This document shows, one piece after another, positions 1-9,227 of a stretch of 46,291 bases of DNA (its first letter is position 1; each line of letters begins with the position of its first letter). The translations under genes and the position numbers were made by a program. The stretch is from Parcubacteria group bacterium GW2011_GWA2_47_26 (GTDB lineage: Bacteria > Patescibacteriota > Patescibacteriia > GWA2-47-26), in NCBI GenBank assembly GCA_001001705.1, contig LCOG01000003.1:1-46291 (forward strand), written 5' to 3'. The notes beneath the pieces are model-generated. The model searched no databases. It worked only from the letters and a program-made list of their open reading frames with translations, and had not been told where the DNA came from.

Positions 1-28
1 TTGATGAAAGAATGATACGATCAACGCC

Positions 29-211
29 TCACAGAGGCGATGTGTATGATAATCGCATTATTGTTTGATCAATTTGGGGATTCGGCAACAGTCCCATCAT
101 GAAGAGGGGCAAGAGCCCCAGCATGAGGTAGAACGAGAACCGCTCCCACATCTCCGTGAGAAAGAGCTGGAGAAGCTCTTTCGGGTGTCTCTCTCTGTTA
201 TTCACAGCCAC
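29..211 (-). pseudogene. Truncated N-terminal fragment of a POT/PTR-family peptide:H+ symporter (MFS)
   Basis: HPKELLQLFLTEMWERFSFYLM matches the POT TM1 ExxERFxYY motif; SD-like AGAGGTG before a GTG start; the frame stops after 60 aa, far short of a ~500-aa transporter. Confidence 0.7.
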
Positions 212-471
212 GGTTCACCTCTTCTTCCGCCCATGATGGGCGTACTTTTCTGGATTTTGAGTTTGTATTAGGAACAATTATAAACGCGGGTGGGTTCCTC
301 CTACCCGCGTTATGTCCTTACCTTAGCAAATCGCCCACTTAGCTGTCAACGCCCCGTACGAAAGGAGACGCATAAATACTGCCGCCCAGATAAACATGAT
401 ATGCTATTGCTTTGCGATTGGCGTTCTTGCTTTGTACCAGATTTCGTTCGGGGTCAACCCCGCGCAATCAT

Positions 472-635
472 TAGACTTGTCCCTGAATAAGCTTTTGCGA
501 TAATTTTTTATGTTTTCAAGCGAAAACCGTTTCGCAGGAATGAGGCGTAATGGCTTAATTACGGCGAATTCCGAGAAGCGGTTTGCAGCCGAAAATCGGG
601 GAAATTAGCCAGAATGTTATTCAGGGACAAGTCTA
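472..635. mobile_element. MITE-like element, family D copy 1 (164 bp)
   Basis: Terminal inverted repeats TAGACTTGTCCCTGAATAA / TTATTCAGGGACAAGTCTA with TA ends; close homologue at 7784-7946 and partial inverted copy at 43449. Confidence 0.85.
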
Positions 636-1910
636 TTATTCTCCACGAATTGATATCAGCTGTTGAGTCTTGGCCCAACCTAGACCTTCATTAAAAATTT
701 TTTCATCGTCTTTGATCAAAAATGCATAATCAGGAAATTCCCTTTTTTCCAGCAACTCTTGCACCCGTTTTTGAAAACGATCAAATAACTCATTTGAATG
801 CCATCTCAACGCAAAATTAAATACCTCCTTAAGAAGTGCGCTAATCTGCGGCTCAAAAAGAACCTTCAAACGAGCTTGAACCTCTTGATCAATAGGTTGT
901 TTCCGCTGCAAGCGCAAGGGGAACGAACGAATAAGTTGTTCAGACTCGTGAAGCGGCGCGGGCGTCAAGGTAAGCGCCTGATCAATCGCGCGTACCTTTC
1001 CATCCGCGGTAATCATAAAATTATTATTCTTTCCGTCTAGATTCTCTAATATATAGTCCATCGCGGAAAGAAGCTGCAACTGTTTTCCATCGGCATCCAT
1101 CCAGCTAAACCCATAGGCCTCTTGTGCTGTGGCCGCTATAACCCCGTCCACAAAATCCTGCGCAGATCCTATGCGCCCATCAACTAAACGAATAACTGTG
1201 GCTGGCACCATAGGTTCTTCTTCTCCTCGGCTTAGCGCTTCGGATATAAACCCCGCGAGCCACTCATGGCGATATTGAGTCTGCGGATCCATTCCGTACA
1301 CTCCATGGATTTTTCCTTCCTTATCAATCATTAATGGTTCTCCCTCTTCTGATTTCCAAATTGCTTTGTGCAAACCTTCTTTGCTTTTGAGAGAAATTTC
1401 CGCCACCTCATTGCTAACCCATACAGGCTCCTCTGTTCGCAAATCGGCATCCCTGCGATGCTTAAACACTCGCGGTTCTCCCTGAAGTTCTGCATCTCGC
1501 AATTCGCGTTTTAGCTCAAGCCGCTCAAGAATTTTGCGCCCTGCCTCTGGTCCACTCTTCTGGACAGCCATTCTATAGAGAACCTCGGTCAACTTACCCT
1601 CAAGTTTTGCGGCCTGATGCACTTCGCGTTGCACTAGTCGCTCGCGCAGCTCCTCTTTCACGCGTGCCGCACGCTCCTCCTCTTCAGGACTCACTTGAGG
1701 GCCATGAACGACGGCTTCGACGCGAGTTCTACGCTCCGAAGTGGTCGTTGCCTCAAGCGTGTCCTGCCCTGAATGCACTACTATTACCGCGTGACTTTCT
1801 CTTAGAGGGACTGTTGCTAAATACGCTTTCGTAGCGAAAGGTAAGAATTTTGAGCGAGACGAAGTGAAACATTTGAAGCATATACGGCGTATATGTTGAG
1901 AATGTTTCAA
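636..1910 (-). CDS. PI3/PI4-kinase-like (HipA/CtkA-related) kinase domain protein with charged coiled N-terminus; true start probably downstream of 1865
   Basis: Motifs AIWK, RHEWLA, VPATVIR..GSAQDFV, ENLDGKNNNFM, AIDQAL; first ~15 codons of the ORF derive from a palindromic repeat. Confidence 0.7.
   Translation of the reverse strand: MKHSQHIRRICFKCFTSSRSKFLPFATKAYLATVPLRESHAVIVVHSGQDTLEATTTSERRTRVEAVVHGPQVSPEEEERAARVKEELRERLVQREVHQAAKLEGKLTEVLYRMAVQKSGPEAGRKILERLELKRELRDAELQGEPRVFKHRRDADLRTEEPVWVSNEVAEISLKSKEGLHKAIWKSEEGEPLMIDKEGKIHGVYGMDPQTQYRHEWLAGFISEALSRGEEEPMVPATVIRLVDGRIGSAQDFVDGVIAATAQEAYGFSWMDADGKQLQLLSAMDYILENLDGKNNNFMITADGKVRAIDQALTLTPAPLHESEQLIRSFPLRLQRKQPIDQEVQARLKVLFEPQISALLKEVFNFALRWHSNELFDRFQKRVQELLEKREFPDYAFLIKDDEKIFNEGLGWAKTQQLISIRGE
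1865..1909. repeat. Palindromic repeat, family H copy 1
   Basis: TGAAACATT-TGAAG-CATATACG-G-CGTATATG-TTGAG-AATGTTTCA; reverse-complement copy at 43684-43725. Confidence 0.8.
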
Positions 1911-2246
1911 CTATCCCCCTTGAATGTTTGTAGCGTAAAGATAGGCAGTTCGGTAAGCCATCGAAAGCGCCTTGAGAAACCGCTCCCCATCTTCACACGT
2001 AAAAGTACGCGGCGCGGCGCCGGATACTGGATCCAGAAACGTAACGCCGTGACTGTTCAATTGCTCCGCAATACGCGGCTCTCCCACGCATCGCACAACT
2101 CCGTCTTGCCCCAGCGTACAGCGGACAACCCTGCGTTCTCCCCCTTTAGGAGTCCGCTCAATGATCTCAACAAACGCGCCAGCCCGCGGATCATCAGTTT
2201 TGCGTTGTGCGGTTTGCATGGTTTTTTTAGACTCCTCTTTCTTCAT
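1911..2246 (-). CDS. Hypothetical protein (~111 aa) upstream of the kinase
   Basis: ORF 1911-2303; ATG at 2246 (MKKEESKK) follows an AT-rich promoter-like stretch. Confidence 0.6.
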   Translation of the reverse strand: MKKEESKKTMQTAQRKTDDPRAGAFVEIIERTPKGGERRVVRCTLGQDGVVRCVGEPRIAEQLNSHGVTFLDPVSGAAPRTFTCEDGERFLKALSMAYRTAYLYATNIQGG

Positions 2247-2280
2247 ATAAACATAGTATACACAAACTGTCAAGGCTTGG

Positions 2281-3552
2281 CTAGAGACCGTTGCAAAACT
2301 CAATTTTCGTCATCCCCGCGAACGCGGGGATCCAGCAATACCAATAAATCGTGGATTCCCGCTTCCGCTGGAATGACAGCAGAGAATGATTTGGGAGTTT
2401 TGCAATGAGCTCAACTATGTGGTTATTCGTCAAGTAGCGGTCTTTTGAATGTAGCGGTCTTTTGATAAAAATTTTAACAAGAGCCGTGGCCTCTCTGCTA
2501 TTTTTTACCCAGCGCACACTTCCATCTCTCCTCATCCACGCCATCTGTCTCCGCACATAAGCATGTGTATTGTATTTAATACGCTGGGCAACCTCTTTTA
2601 GCACAGCCACTTTCTGCGTGCCCGAAACATTGCGCGGCAATTCAAAATACGGCTTCCATTCCCGATAACCTATACCGGTAAAAGCAGGCAGTTTCCACAC
2701 ACATCCTGTCATTACTAGCATACTAGCTAGTATGCTAGTTTTTTTATCATGTAGAGTTCTTCGCAGATGTTTGTATGTCTTATGGTATACCCTTTTAACT
2801 TCATCAAATAATCCTGCTCGCAACATCTTTTCTACCCGCGCATCAATTGCCGGATAAAGTTTTGCCCTCGGCACATCAACACCGATTTTTAGCACCTCAA
2901 AAAGCGGCTGGCCTTTTTTTCGCAATTTAGAAAACGGCTTGCCTGTGGCTAGGCACACCTCCAGCGCCCGAATAATCCGCCGTGGATTATCTTTTGGCAC
3001 AAACTGCTCCGCATCCAGATCAAGTTTTAAAAGCCGCTTGTACCACTTTTCTAAAACCCGCGATTCTTGCCTGCCCCGTACTGAACTTGTTCTAGTGCGG
3101 GGATTCTTGCCTGCCCCGTACTGAACTTGTTCTAGTGCGGGGATTCTTGATTCTTGCAACGCGCGTTCAAACTCCTCTCTTAATTTTTTATTCGGTGGCA
3201 CATTTGGAATATCTAAATTGTCCACAACTGCCTGAACCCATAAATTTGTTCCGCCTACTAAAATCGGAAGCTTCCCCCTCCTTAAAATATCTTGAATAAT
3301 TGCCAGCGCATCGCACTTAAAATCAGCCACATTGTATTCTTCCCACGGCTCCACAATATCAAGCAGATGATGAGGCGCTCCACTTGTATTCATCACCTTC
3401 CCGGTCCCGATATCCATACCTTTATAAATCTGCCGCGAATCCGCGCTGATGATTTCCCCATTAAACTTTTTTGTCAAATCAATAGCCAGATTACTTTTCC
3501 CCGATCCCGTCGGACCGACTATGACAATCAGTTTAGATAAGTCAAGTTTCAT
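2281..3552 (-). CDS. miaA: tRNA dimethylallyltransferase with repeat-derived internal insertion and C-terminal extension
   Basis: GPTGSGKS P-loop, ISADSRQIYKGMDIGTGK, PHHLLD, VGGT, RRIIRALEV, GIGYRE. Confidence 0.95.
   Translation of the reverse strand: MKLDLSKLIVIVGPTGSGKSNLAIDLTKKFNGEIISADSRQIYKGMDIGTGKVMNTSGAPHHLLDIVEPWEEYNVADFKCDALAIIQDILRRGKLPILVGGTNLWVQAVVDNLDIPNVPPNKKLREEFERALQESRIPALEQVQYGAGKNPRTRTSSVRGRQESRVLEKWYKRLLKLDLDAEQFVPKDNPRRIIRALEVCLATGKPFSKLRKKGQPLFEVLKIGVDVPRAKLYPAIDARVEKMLRAGLFDEVKRVYHKTYKHLRRTLHDKKTSILASMLVMTGCVWKLPAFTGIGYREWKPYFELPRNVSGTQKVAVLKEVAQRIKYNTHAYVRRQMAWMRRDGSVRWVKNSREATALVKIFIKRPLHSKDRYLTNNHIVELIAKLPNHSLLSFQRKRESTIYWYCWIPAFAGMTKIEFCNGL
2282..2414. repeat. 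Composite palindromic element (outer TTGCAAAACTC/GAGTTTTGCAA arms around a CGTCATCCCCGCG...GGAATGACA unit at 2308-2378) forming the miaA 3' end
   Basis: Inverted arms visible; translates as WIPAFAGMT; miaA stop TAG lies at the element end. Confidence 0.75.
3062..3157. repeat. Exact tandem duplication of a 40-bp family E hairpin unit within miaA
   Basis: GATTCTTGCCTGCCCCGTACTGAACTTGTTCTAGTGCGGG x2 followed by GATTCTT heptamers. Confidence 0.9.
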
Positions 3553-3598
3553 AATATCCGCGACTTTATGATATACTTTGAGCATAGTATCTCGTCTT

Positions 3599-3693
3599 CG
3601 TCATCCTGAGCGAAGCGAAGGATCTCTGGCGAATGCCAGATCCCCGCACATTCGTGCGAGATTCTTCAGTCGCTTTGCTCCTTCAGAATAACA
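3599..3693. repeat. Family A (CGTC/TGTC-tagged REP-like doublet), intergenic
   Basis: CGTCATCCTGAGCGAAGCGAAGGATCT...GAGATTCTTC...CAGAATAACA. Confidence 0.85.
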
Positions 3694-3724
3694 CATAGCC
3701 GTGTTTTGCCACTCTATCCTTTCT

Positions 3725-4615
3725 ATGTCTCACACAACACATTCAATGAGTAAGACCCTCGCCACCGCTATCATTTTAAGCCTAGCCACTTTGATTTTGG
3801 AAGTAGCGGGCGGCATTTACACCGGCAGCCTTGCTCTTTTATCCGACGCCAGCCACCTATTTTCCGATTTTTTAGCCTTAACCATAACCCTCATTGCCCT
3901 GCGCATTGCGCGCCGCCCTGCTACTGCCAAACACACTTTTGGCTACCACCGCGCCGAGGTTTTTGGCGCGCTTATAAACGGTTTGCTTCTGCTTATTATG
4001 GCCGCATCCATTGGAGTCGCGGCGTGGCAACGTCTAAATATGCCGCATGAAGTTAAAGCTGAACTCGTCTCAATTATCGGTTTAATCGGCATCCTGCCCA
4101 ACATCTGGACTGTAATTCGTTTGAGGCAATCCCGCAATATCAACATAAAAAGCGCGTTTCTGCACGCTTTAGGCGATACTGCCTCATCAGTCGTTGTTGT
4201 CGTAAGCGGAGTTGTCATCGCACTTACGGGCCTAAACCAGTTTGACGCACTAGCTAGCTTTGTTGTCGTCGCTTTCCTGCTAATCGGCGCAATTCGTCTT
4301 ATCAAAAATGTCGCAATTATTTTTTTGGAGGGCGCGCCGCCGAATCTCAATCGCGAAAAAATTTCAAAAGCCGTCTGCGGTTTGCCTGGAGTTGTCTCCA
4401 CCCATGACGTTCATCTTTGGACCCTTTGTTCCGATGTAGTTTATTTTACGGGACACCTTATAATAGATGGCAAACCGAATTTACGCGAGGCGCAGGAAAT
4501 TGTAGCCAAAGCCGCAAAAACTTTGGACCATTTAGGCGTCCATCACACGACTTTGCAAATTGAGACTCCAGACCACGCCTGCACAAAAATCGAGATCTGC
4601 GAAATCGCCTACTAA
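3725..4615 (+). CDS. Cation diffusion facilitator (CzcD/ZitB-like Zn/Co/Cd exporter)
   Basis: SLALLSDASHLFSD, TFGYHRAEV, NIKSAFLHALGD, HDVHLWTL, HTTLQIE. Confidence 0.93.
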   Translation: MSHTTHSMSKTLATAIILSLATLILEVAGGIYTGSLALLSDASHLFSDFLALTITLIALRIARRPATAKHTFGYHRAEVFGALINGLLLLIMAASIGVAAWQRLNMPHEVKAELVSIIGLIGILPNIWTVIRLRQSRNINIKSAFLHALGDTASSVVVVVSGVVIALTGLNQFDALASFVVVAFLLIGAIRLIKNVAIIFLEGAPPNLNREKISKAVCGLPGVVSTHDVHLWTLCSDVVYFTGHLIIDGKPNLREAQEIVAKAAKTLDHLGVHHTTLQIETPDHACTKIEICEIAY

Positions 4616-4617
4616 AC

Positions 4618-6486
4618 TTAAGGCGCTACTTTTCTCCCCTCTATCTCTTTTTTAATTTTTTTTATAAACGCGCTCACACTCATCTGTTTCATGACTGCTG
4701 CTTGTCCGACTGAACTTTTGCCCCTGGCAAAAGTTGGGCGGGTTTCCTGGCCGCGAATGCGCACTGTTAATTTTTGGAGATTTTTTTCGCGATCGCCTAT
4801 AACTAAGATATAGGGTATTTTTTGCTTCTCCGCTTTGCGCACTTTATAAGGCACGGTCTCGCGCGCTTCATCAACCTCAACCCGGATGCCCTGATTGCTC
4901 AACATCTTGCCTAGCTTGCGCGAAGTTGCGCAGTGCGCTTTGCCCACCGGCGCGACATAGGCCTGTACAGGCGCAAGCCAAACCGGAAACGCGCCGGCGT
5001 ATTTTTCAATCATAAATGCGATGGTGCGCTCCAGCGCGCCAATTGAAGAACGATGCACAACAACAGGTTGCTCCTTTTCGCCTTTTTCATTAATATATTC
5101 CAGATTAAATCTCGCTGGCAGACAAAAATCATACTGAACAGTAAAAACAGTCTCTTCTTTAGCCATGATATTTTTCATCTGTATGTCAATCTTGGGTCCA
5201 TAAAATGCCGCCTCGCCTTTAGCTTCCACAAATGGAGCATGCAGATCTTTTAACACACTGCGCAGAACCGCCTCCGCTTCATCCCATGCTTTTGGAGCAT
5301 CATAATATTTTTCTTTATTCAACCGATCTCCCAGCGACAACCGATAAGAATAGTCCGTGCCTTTTTTAAAACCTAATATACCTACCGCATAATCAATGAG
5401 GTTAATCACCCGTTTAATTTCATCTTCTGCTTGATCCGTACGGCAAAAAATATGCGAATCCGCCAAACAAAAACTCCGTACCCGCATCAGTCCCGTTAGT
5501 TCTCCGGATTTTTCATAGCGATAGAGTTTAGCGAGCTCGGCAAAACGTATTGGCAGTTCGCGATAACTCCGCATCTTGTCCTTATACAACATAAAATGAT
5601 GCGGGCAAGTCATTGGGCGCAGAACTAGTTTATCCTCATCAACTTGCATAACCGGATACATCGTATCTTTGTAATAAGGATAGTGTCCGGAAATCTCATA
5701 AAGCTTCACGCGGGCAAGATCGGGAGTTATGACATGGCGATAACCGCGCTTTAGCTCTTCATCAACGATAAACCGTTCAAGTTCGCGGCGTATTGTTGCG
5801 CCACGTTCAGTCCAAAGCGGGAGTCCGGGTCCGACTTCTTCAGCCATCACAAATAAATCCAGGGCTTTGCCAAGCTTGCGATGATCCCGCTTCTCCGCTT
5901 CAGCCATCATGGCAACATACTGCTTTAATTCTTCCTCTGTCAAAAAAGCCAAACTGTAAATTCTCTGCAATTGCTTATTTTTCTCGCTGCCGCGCCAATA
6001 AGCTCCCGCAATACTTGTAAGCTTAAAAGCGCCAATCTGCCCCGCGTTATCAACATGCGGCCCTCGGCAAAGGTCCACAAATTTTCCAGTTTCATAAATA
6101 GTAACATCTTCCACCTTGCCCGATGCCGGAACATCCGCGGTTTCCTCTGGCCGAACTTTAGTCGTGCCATGCTTTTTTAAGTCTTCCAAAAGAGCTACTT
6201 TAAATTCTTGCTTGTGCTCCTTAAAATACGCAATCGCCTCTTCAAGCGACATTTCCTTGCGCACAAACTTTTCCTTGCGTTTCATAATCTCACGCATCCG
6301 TTTTTCAATGCGCGGCAAATCATCCGGCTTAAACGGCCGCGGCGGATCAAAATCATAAAAAAATCCATTTTCAATAACTGGTCCAACCCCTAGTTTAGTG
6401 CCCGGAAACAATTCCAAAACCGCCGCCGCCATAACATGGGCGGTGGAATGACGAATAGTTTCAATAGGTAATTTTGTCTCTCCCAT
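4618..6486 (-). CDS. thrS: Threonyl-tRNA synthetase
   Basis: RHSTAHVMA, DLCRGPH, RDHRKLG, PMTCPHH, AFYGPKID, anticodon-binding C-terminus. Confidence 0.98.
   Translation of the reverse strand: MGETKLPIETIRHSTAHVMAAAVLELFPGTKLGVGPVIENGFFYDFDPPRPFKPDDLPRIEKRMREIMKRKEKFVRKEMSLEEAIAYFKEHKQEFKVALLEDLKKHGTTKVRPEETADVPASGKVEDVTIYETGKFVDLCRGPHVDNAGQIGAFKLTSIAGAYWRGSEKNKQLQRIYSLAFLTEEELKQYVAMMAEAEKRDHRKLGKALDLFVMAEEVGPGLPLWTERGATIRRELERFIVDEELKRGYRHVITPDLARVKLYEISGHYPYYKDTMYPVMQVDEDKLVLRPMTCPHHFMLYKDKMRSYRELPIRFAELAKLYRYEKSGELTGLMRVRSFCLADSHIFCRTDQAEDEIKRVINLIDYAVGILGFKKGTDYSYRLSLGDRLNKEKYYDAPKAWDEAEAVLRSVLKDLHAPFVEAKGEAAFYGPKIDIQMKNIMAKEETVFTVQYDFCLPARFNLEYINEKGEKEQPVVVHRSSIGALERTIAFMIEKYAGAFPVWLAPVQAYVAPVGKAHCATSRKLGKMLSNQGIRVEVDEARETVPYKVRKAEKQKIPYILVIGDREKNLQKLTVRIRGQETRPTFARGKSSVGQAAVMKQMSVSAFIKKIKKEIEGRKVAP
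4701..4742. repeat. Family G-like palindrome inserted in-frame near the thrS C-terminus
   Basis: CTTGTCCGACTGAACTTTTGCC-CCT-GGCAAAAGTTGGGCGGG; encodes RPTFARGKSSVGQA; resembles CTTGCCCGCCCAAATTTT at 45782. Confidence 0.7.
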
Positions 6487-6540
6487 AATAAAAAATCGCA
6501 AACAAAATAGCGTGTTTTCGGGCGGGTAGGGCAAGGGTTT

Positions 6541-7695
6541 CTAACGTTTCATCACTATCTTCACCCTATCCGGAATCGTGGGTATCCGTTTTTGCCAAGA
6601 CGGAAATAATCTTATCTCAACGCGCTCTATTGCGTCAAAGCTCTGCAAATAACGCTCGGCCTCCTCCGGCATCATCCCCGCGATTTTTGCCGGATCCAAA
6701 ATCGGGCTGGACGGCGTTATGCGCACCTCGCCATCAGCGTAGACCTGTAATTGAACTTCTCCCCGCTGCGTATCAACATTTTTCAATCTCAAAATCATAG
6801 CCTCCCCATTAAACACAACGAGCTCTCGATCAACCGGAATAGCTTCTTTAACCTTATTTAATGCAAGAATTTCCAACTGCATTTTGTCATAAGCTAGAAG
6901 TTTAGCGCGCACCTTAACTTTTATTGTAAAAGTCTGTTTTGCCTCGCCTGCTCGCGCGTTAGCTGTAGCCTCTAAAATCTCATGGCTCGCCATTAAGCCT
7001 TGAAAACCCGCCGCGTTTGCCGATTGCCTTGCGTCGTCTTGCGCCTTCTTCACTGCTTTTTCAGCAACTTCCGCCTTTGCCCTTTCTAAATCCGCCGCGC
7101 CGACTACCCGCATTTGTCCGGAACTGCCTTGCATAGCTTCCTTGCTTTCACCATAAATTAATTTTTGCTTTGCGGCATTAAGGCCGGGAATAGTAAATCG
7201 CGTTGGTCCAATATCACCTTGCGATCCCGGCTGATCAGCATAAACCTCCACCTCAACACTGCCATTAGCCGGCACAGTCGCCCCGCTCTTCATCCTAAAA
7301 AGCACATTGCTCGGCGACAATAAGCGCGTCGTAGCTACAAGCGGCTGGGCCACTCCGCTAGTATTCATTAGAGTAACGCGGCCAGTGGCTCTCCCCTCCC
7401 TGGTTTCAAGTTGAGTGGATTCAAATTGCCCTTCCTCTTCCATAATCTTTTCTTCATACTTGCCGGAGATAGTGCCACTACCGTCACCTGCCACTGTTAT
7501 ACCTTCTATCACTGTCACCAAAAACTCCGCGCTCCGGATTTCCTTTTTAGGCGTTATAACAACTGTGGCTTTGGACATTGAAAAAAATACAATAATCCCT
7601 ACCAAAAGCACAGTCAAAACCACAAAACTTATGGCGATTTTGCGATAAATAGTAGAAAGGGGTGGAACTACAATGGGCTTTTTTTGTTTTGACAT
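6541..7695 (-). CDS. Membrane-anchored protein with baseplate J/gp47-like domain
   Basis: Single N-terminal TM; ATGRVTLMN, TRLLS, VEVYADQPGSQGDIGPTRFTIPGL pattern typical of this CPR family. Confidence 0.6.
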   Translation of the reverse strand: MSKQKKPIVVPPLSTIYRKIAISFVVLTVLLVGIIVFFSMSKATVVITPKKEIRSAEFLVTVIEGITVAGDGSGTISGKYEEKIMEEEGQFESTQLETREGRATGRVTLMNTSGVAQPLVATTRLLSPSNVLFRMKSGATVPANGSVEVEVYADQPGSQGDIGPTRFTIPGLNAAKQKLIYGESKEAMQGSSGQMRVVGAADLERAKAEVAEKAVKKAQDDARQSANAAGFQGLMASHEILEATANARAGEAKQTFTIKVKVRAKLLAYDKMQLEILALNKVKEAIPVDRELVVFNGEAMILRLKNVDTQRGEVQLQVYADGEVRITPSSPILDPAKIAGMMPEEAERYLQSFDAIERVEIRLFPSWQKRIPTIPDRVKIVMKR

Positions 7696-7783
7696 AGGCC
7701 TCCTATAAATTATGGATTATTAACATTACTAGTATAACAAACTAACCCCATAGTAAGCAACACCAATTTCAACCTGTCAAAAT

Positions 7784-7946
7784 TAGACCTGTCCCCAAAT
7801 AAGCTTTTGAGATAATTGTCCTGATTTTTGAGCGAAAACTGTTTCGCAGGAATGAGGCGTAATAGATGATTACGGCGAATTCCGAGAAACGGTTTGTAGC
7901 CGAAAATCAGGAGAATTAGCCAGAATGTTATTTGGGGACAGGTCTA
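7784..7946. mobile_element. MITE-like element, family D copy 2
   Basis: TAGACCTGTCCCCAAATAA / TTATTTGGGGACAGGTCTA TIRs; internal sequence homologous to 472-635; its end overlaps the TAG stop of the adjacent gene. Confidence 0.85.
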
Positions 7947-9029
7947 TTTTATAACTTCCGCCCTGCGTCTAAACACTGCCCATATACCCAACCCGACCAT
8001 CACTACCAACAACATTCCCAACGCAATCAATTTATATCTACTCTGCAAAAACAGCGTAGTAATTCCAAACAAAGCCGAGACTAACCATAATGAAAGCACA
8101 GCGCCGCGATGTGAAAAACCAGCATCCAGCAAACGAAAATGCAAATGCTTTCTATCCGGAAGCGTTGGCGATTTTCTTTCCCAAAACATGCGTCGCCCAA
8201 TTACCCACAACGTATCAAGTATGGGAATGCCTAATACCAAAAGCGCGGTCGCAATCTTGCCTCCGGAGACAATGGCCAGCGTGCCAAGCATAAACCCCGC
8301 CAAAGTACTCCCTCCTGTGCCTAAAAAAATTTTGGCCGGGTGCCAGTTCCATACCAAAAATCCCATAAACGCCCCTGCCGTAAGAATAGCCAGCATCCCA
8401 ACCTCGGGCTGAAAAAATTTCGTGGTTGTGGCAAGAAAAAAAATCATCATCGCTCCAATCGCAGTAATACCCGAGGCCAAACCATCGAGCCCGTCCAGCA
8501 ATTTGGTCGTGTACATAATAACCATAAGCCACACCAAGGTAAAAAAATCAGCCGGCAGAGTCAAGCGGTAGCCGATCCCCTGCCACCAAAATAAAACCCT
8601 TTCCCAAGATACTAATGATATAGTTCCGCCAAATGGATTGGTAATTTGACGAATCCCGATACCGCTCGCAACGACTATAAGCGCGGCGGCAATGGCAAAC
8701 AAAATTTGCCGCGACGGCTTTAAATCATATTTATCGTCAAGCCAGCCGCCCGCGATAAGCACTAGCCCACCCGCAAAAATCCCCCAAAGATTTTTAATTT
8801 TTATAGAGGTGTCCAGAATATAAGGGGTAGTGAGCGCCATATACCACAACACTAAAAAAAGTCCGGCAAAAATTGCAAGCCCCCCTAAAAGCGCGGTGGG
8901 ATTTTTATGAATCTTTCTGGCTTCCCCGGGCCAATCAACAATACGCCACTTTAAAGCCAGCGCCCGCACTACGCGAGTCAACAAAAACACCGCCAAAAAC
9001 GAAGCAGCTAACGCAAAAATATAACGCAT
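7944..9029 (-). CDS. MraY/WecA/TagO-family undecaprenyl-phosphate sugar-1-phosphate transferase
   Basis: RKIHKNPTALLGG, GWLDD, LDGLDGLA, NWHPAKIFLG, PDRKHLHFRL; many TM helices. Confidence 0.9.
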   Translation of the reverse strand: MRYIFALAASFLAVFLLTRVVRALALKWRIVDWPGEARKIHKNPTALLGGLAIFAGLFLVLWYMALTTPYILDTSIKIKNLWGIFAGGLVLIAGGWLDDKYDLKPSRQILFAIAAALIVVASGIGIRQITNPFGGTISLVSWERVLFWWQGIGYRLTLPADFFTLVWLMVIMYTTKLLDGLDGLASGITAIGAMMIFFLATTTKFFQPEVGMLAILTAGAFMGFLVWNWHPAKIFLGTGGSTLAGFMLGTLAIVSGGKIATALLVLGIPILDTLWVIGRRMFWERKSPTLPDRKHLHFRLLDAGFSHRGAVLSLWLVSALFGITTLFLQSRYKLIALGMLLVVMVGLGIWAVFRRRAEVIK

Positions 9030-9155
9030 TTTATCAGCCCCGTACGAAATGGAGTAATTTAAGAGTGTTCCTAATATACCACATCTCCTTATCTAAAACA
9101 ACAATTATCTTAGCGGCCTTTATCCTCAACGCCCTCCGCCCCACCCTGCATGGCT

Positions 9156-9201
9156 AACTCGTCTTGCATTTAGCGCGATCGCGCTAAATGCAAGACGAGT
9201 T
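9156..9201. repeat. Perfect 46-bp palindrome downstream of PaaX-like gene 1
   Basis: AACTCGTCTTGCATTTAGCGCGA|TCGCGCTAAATGCAAGACGAGTT. Confidence 0.9.
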
Positions 9202-9227
9202 GGAAAGCATATTTCGACGCCATCCAT

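Noticed and set aside
1893-2408. 171-aa plus-strand ORF, and similar ORFs antisense to housekeeping genes
   Set aside because: Starts and ends in repeat-derived sequence and overlaps a better-supported opposite-strand gene
6541-7695. Prophage or contractile injection system suggested by the baseplate J-like gene
   Set aside because: No other phage or tail genes nearby; the protein is membrane anchored and in housekeeping context
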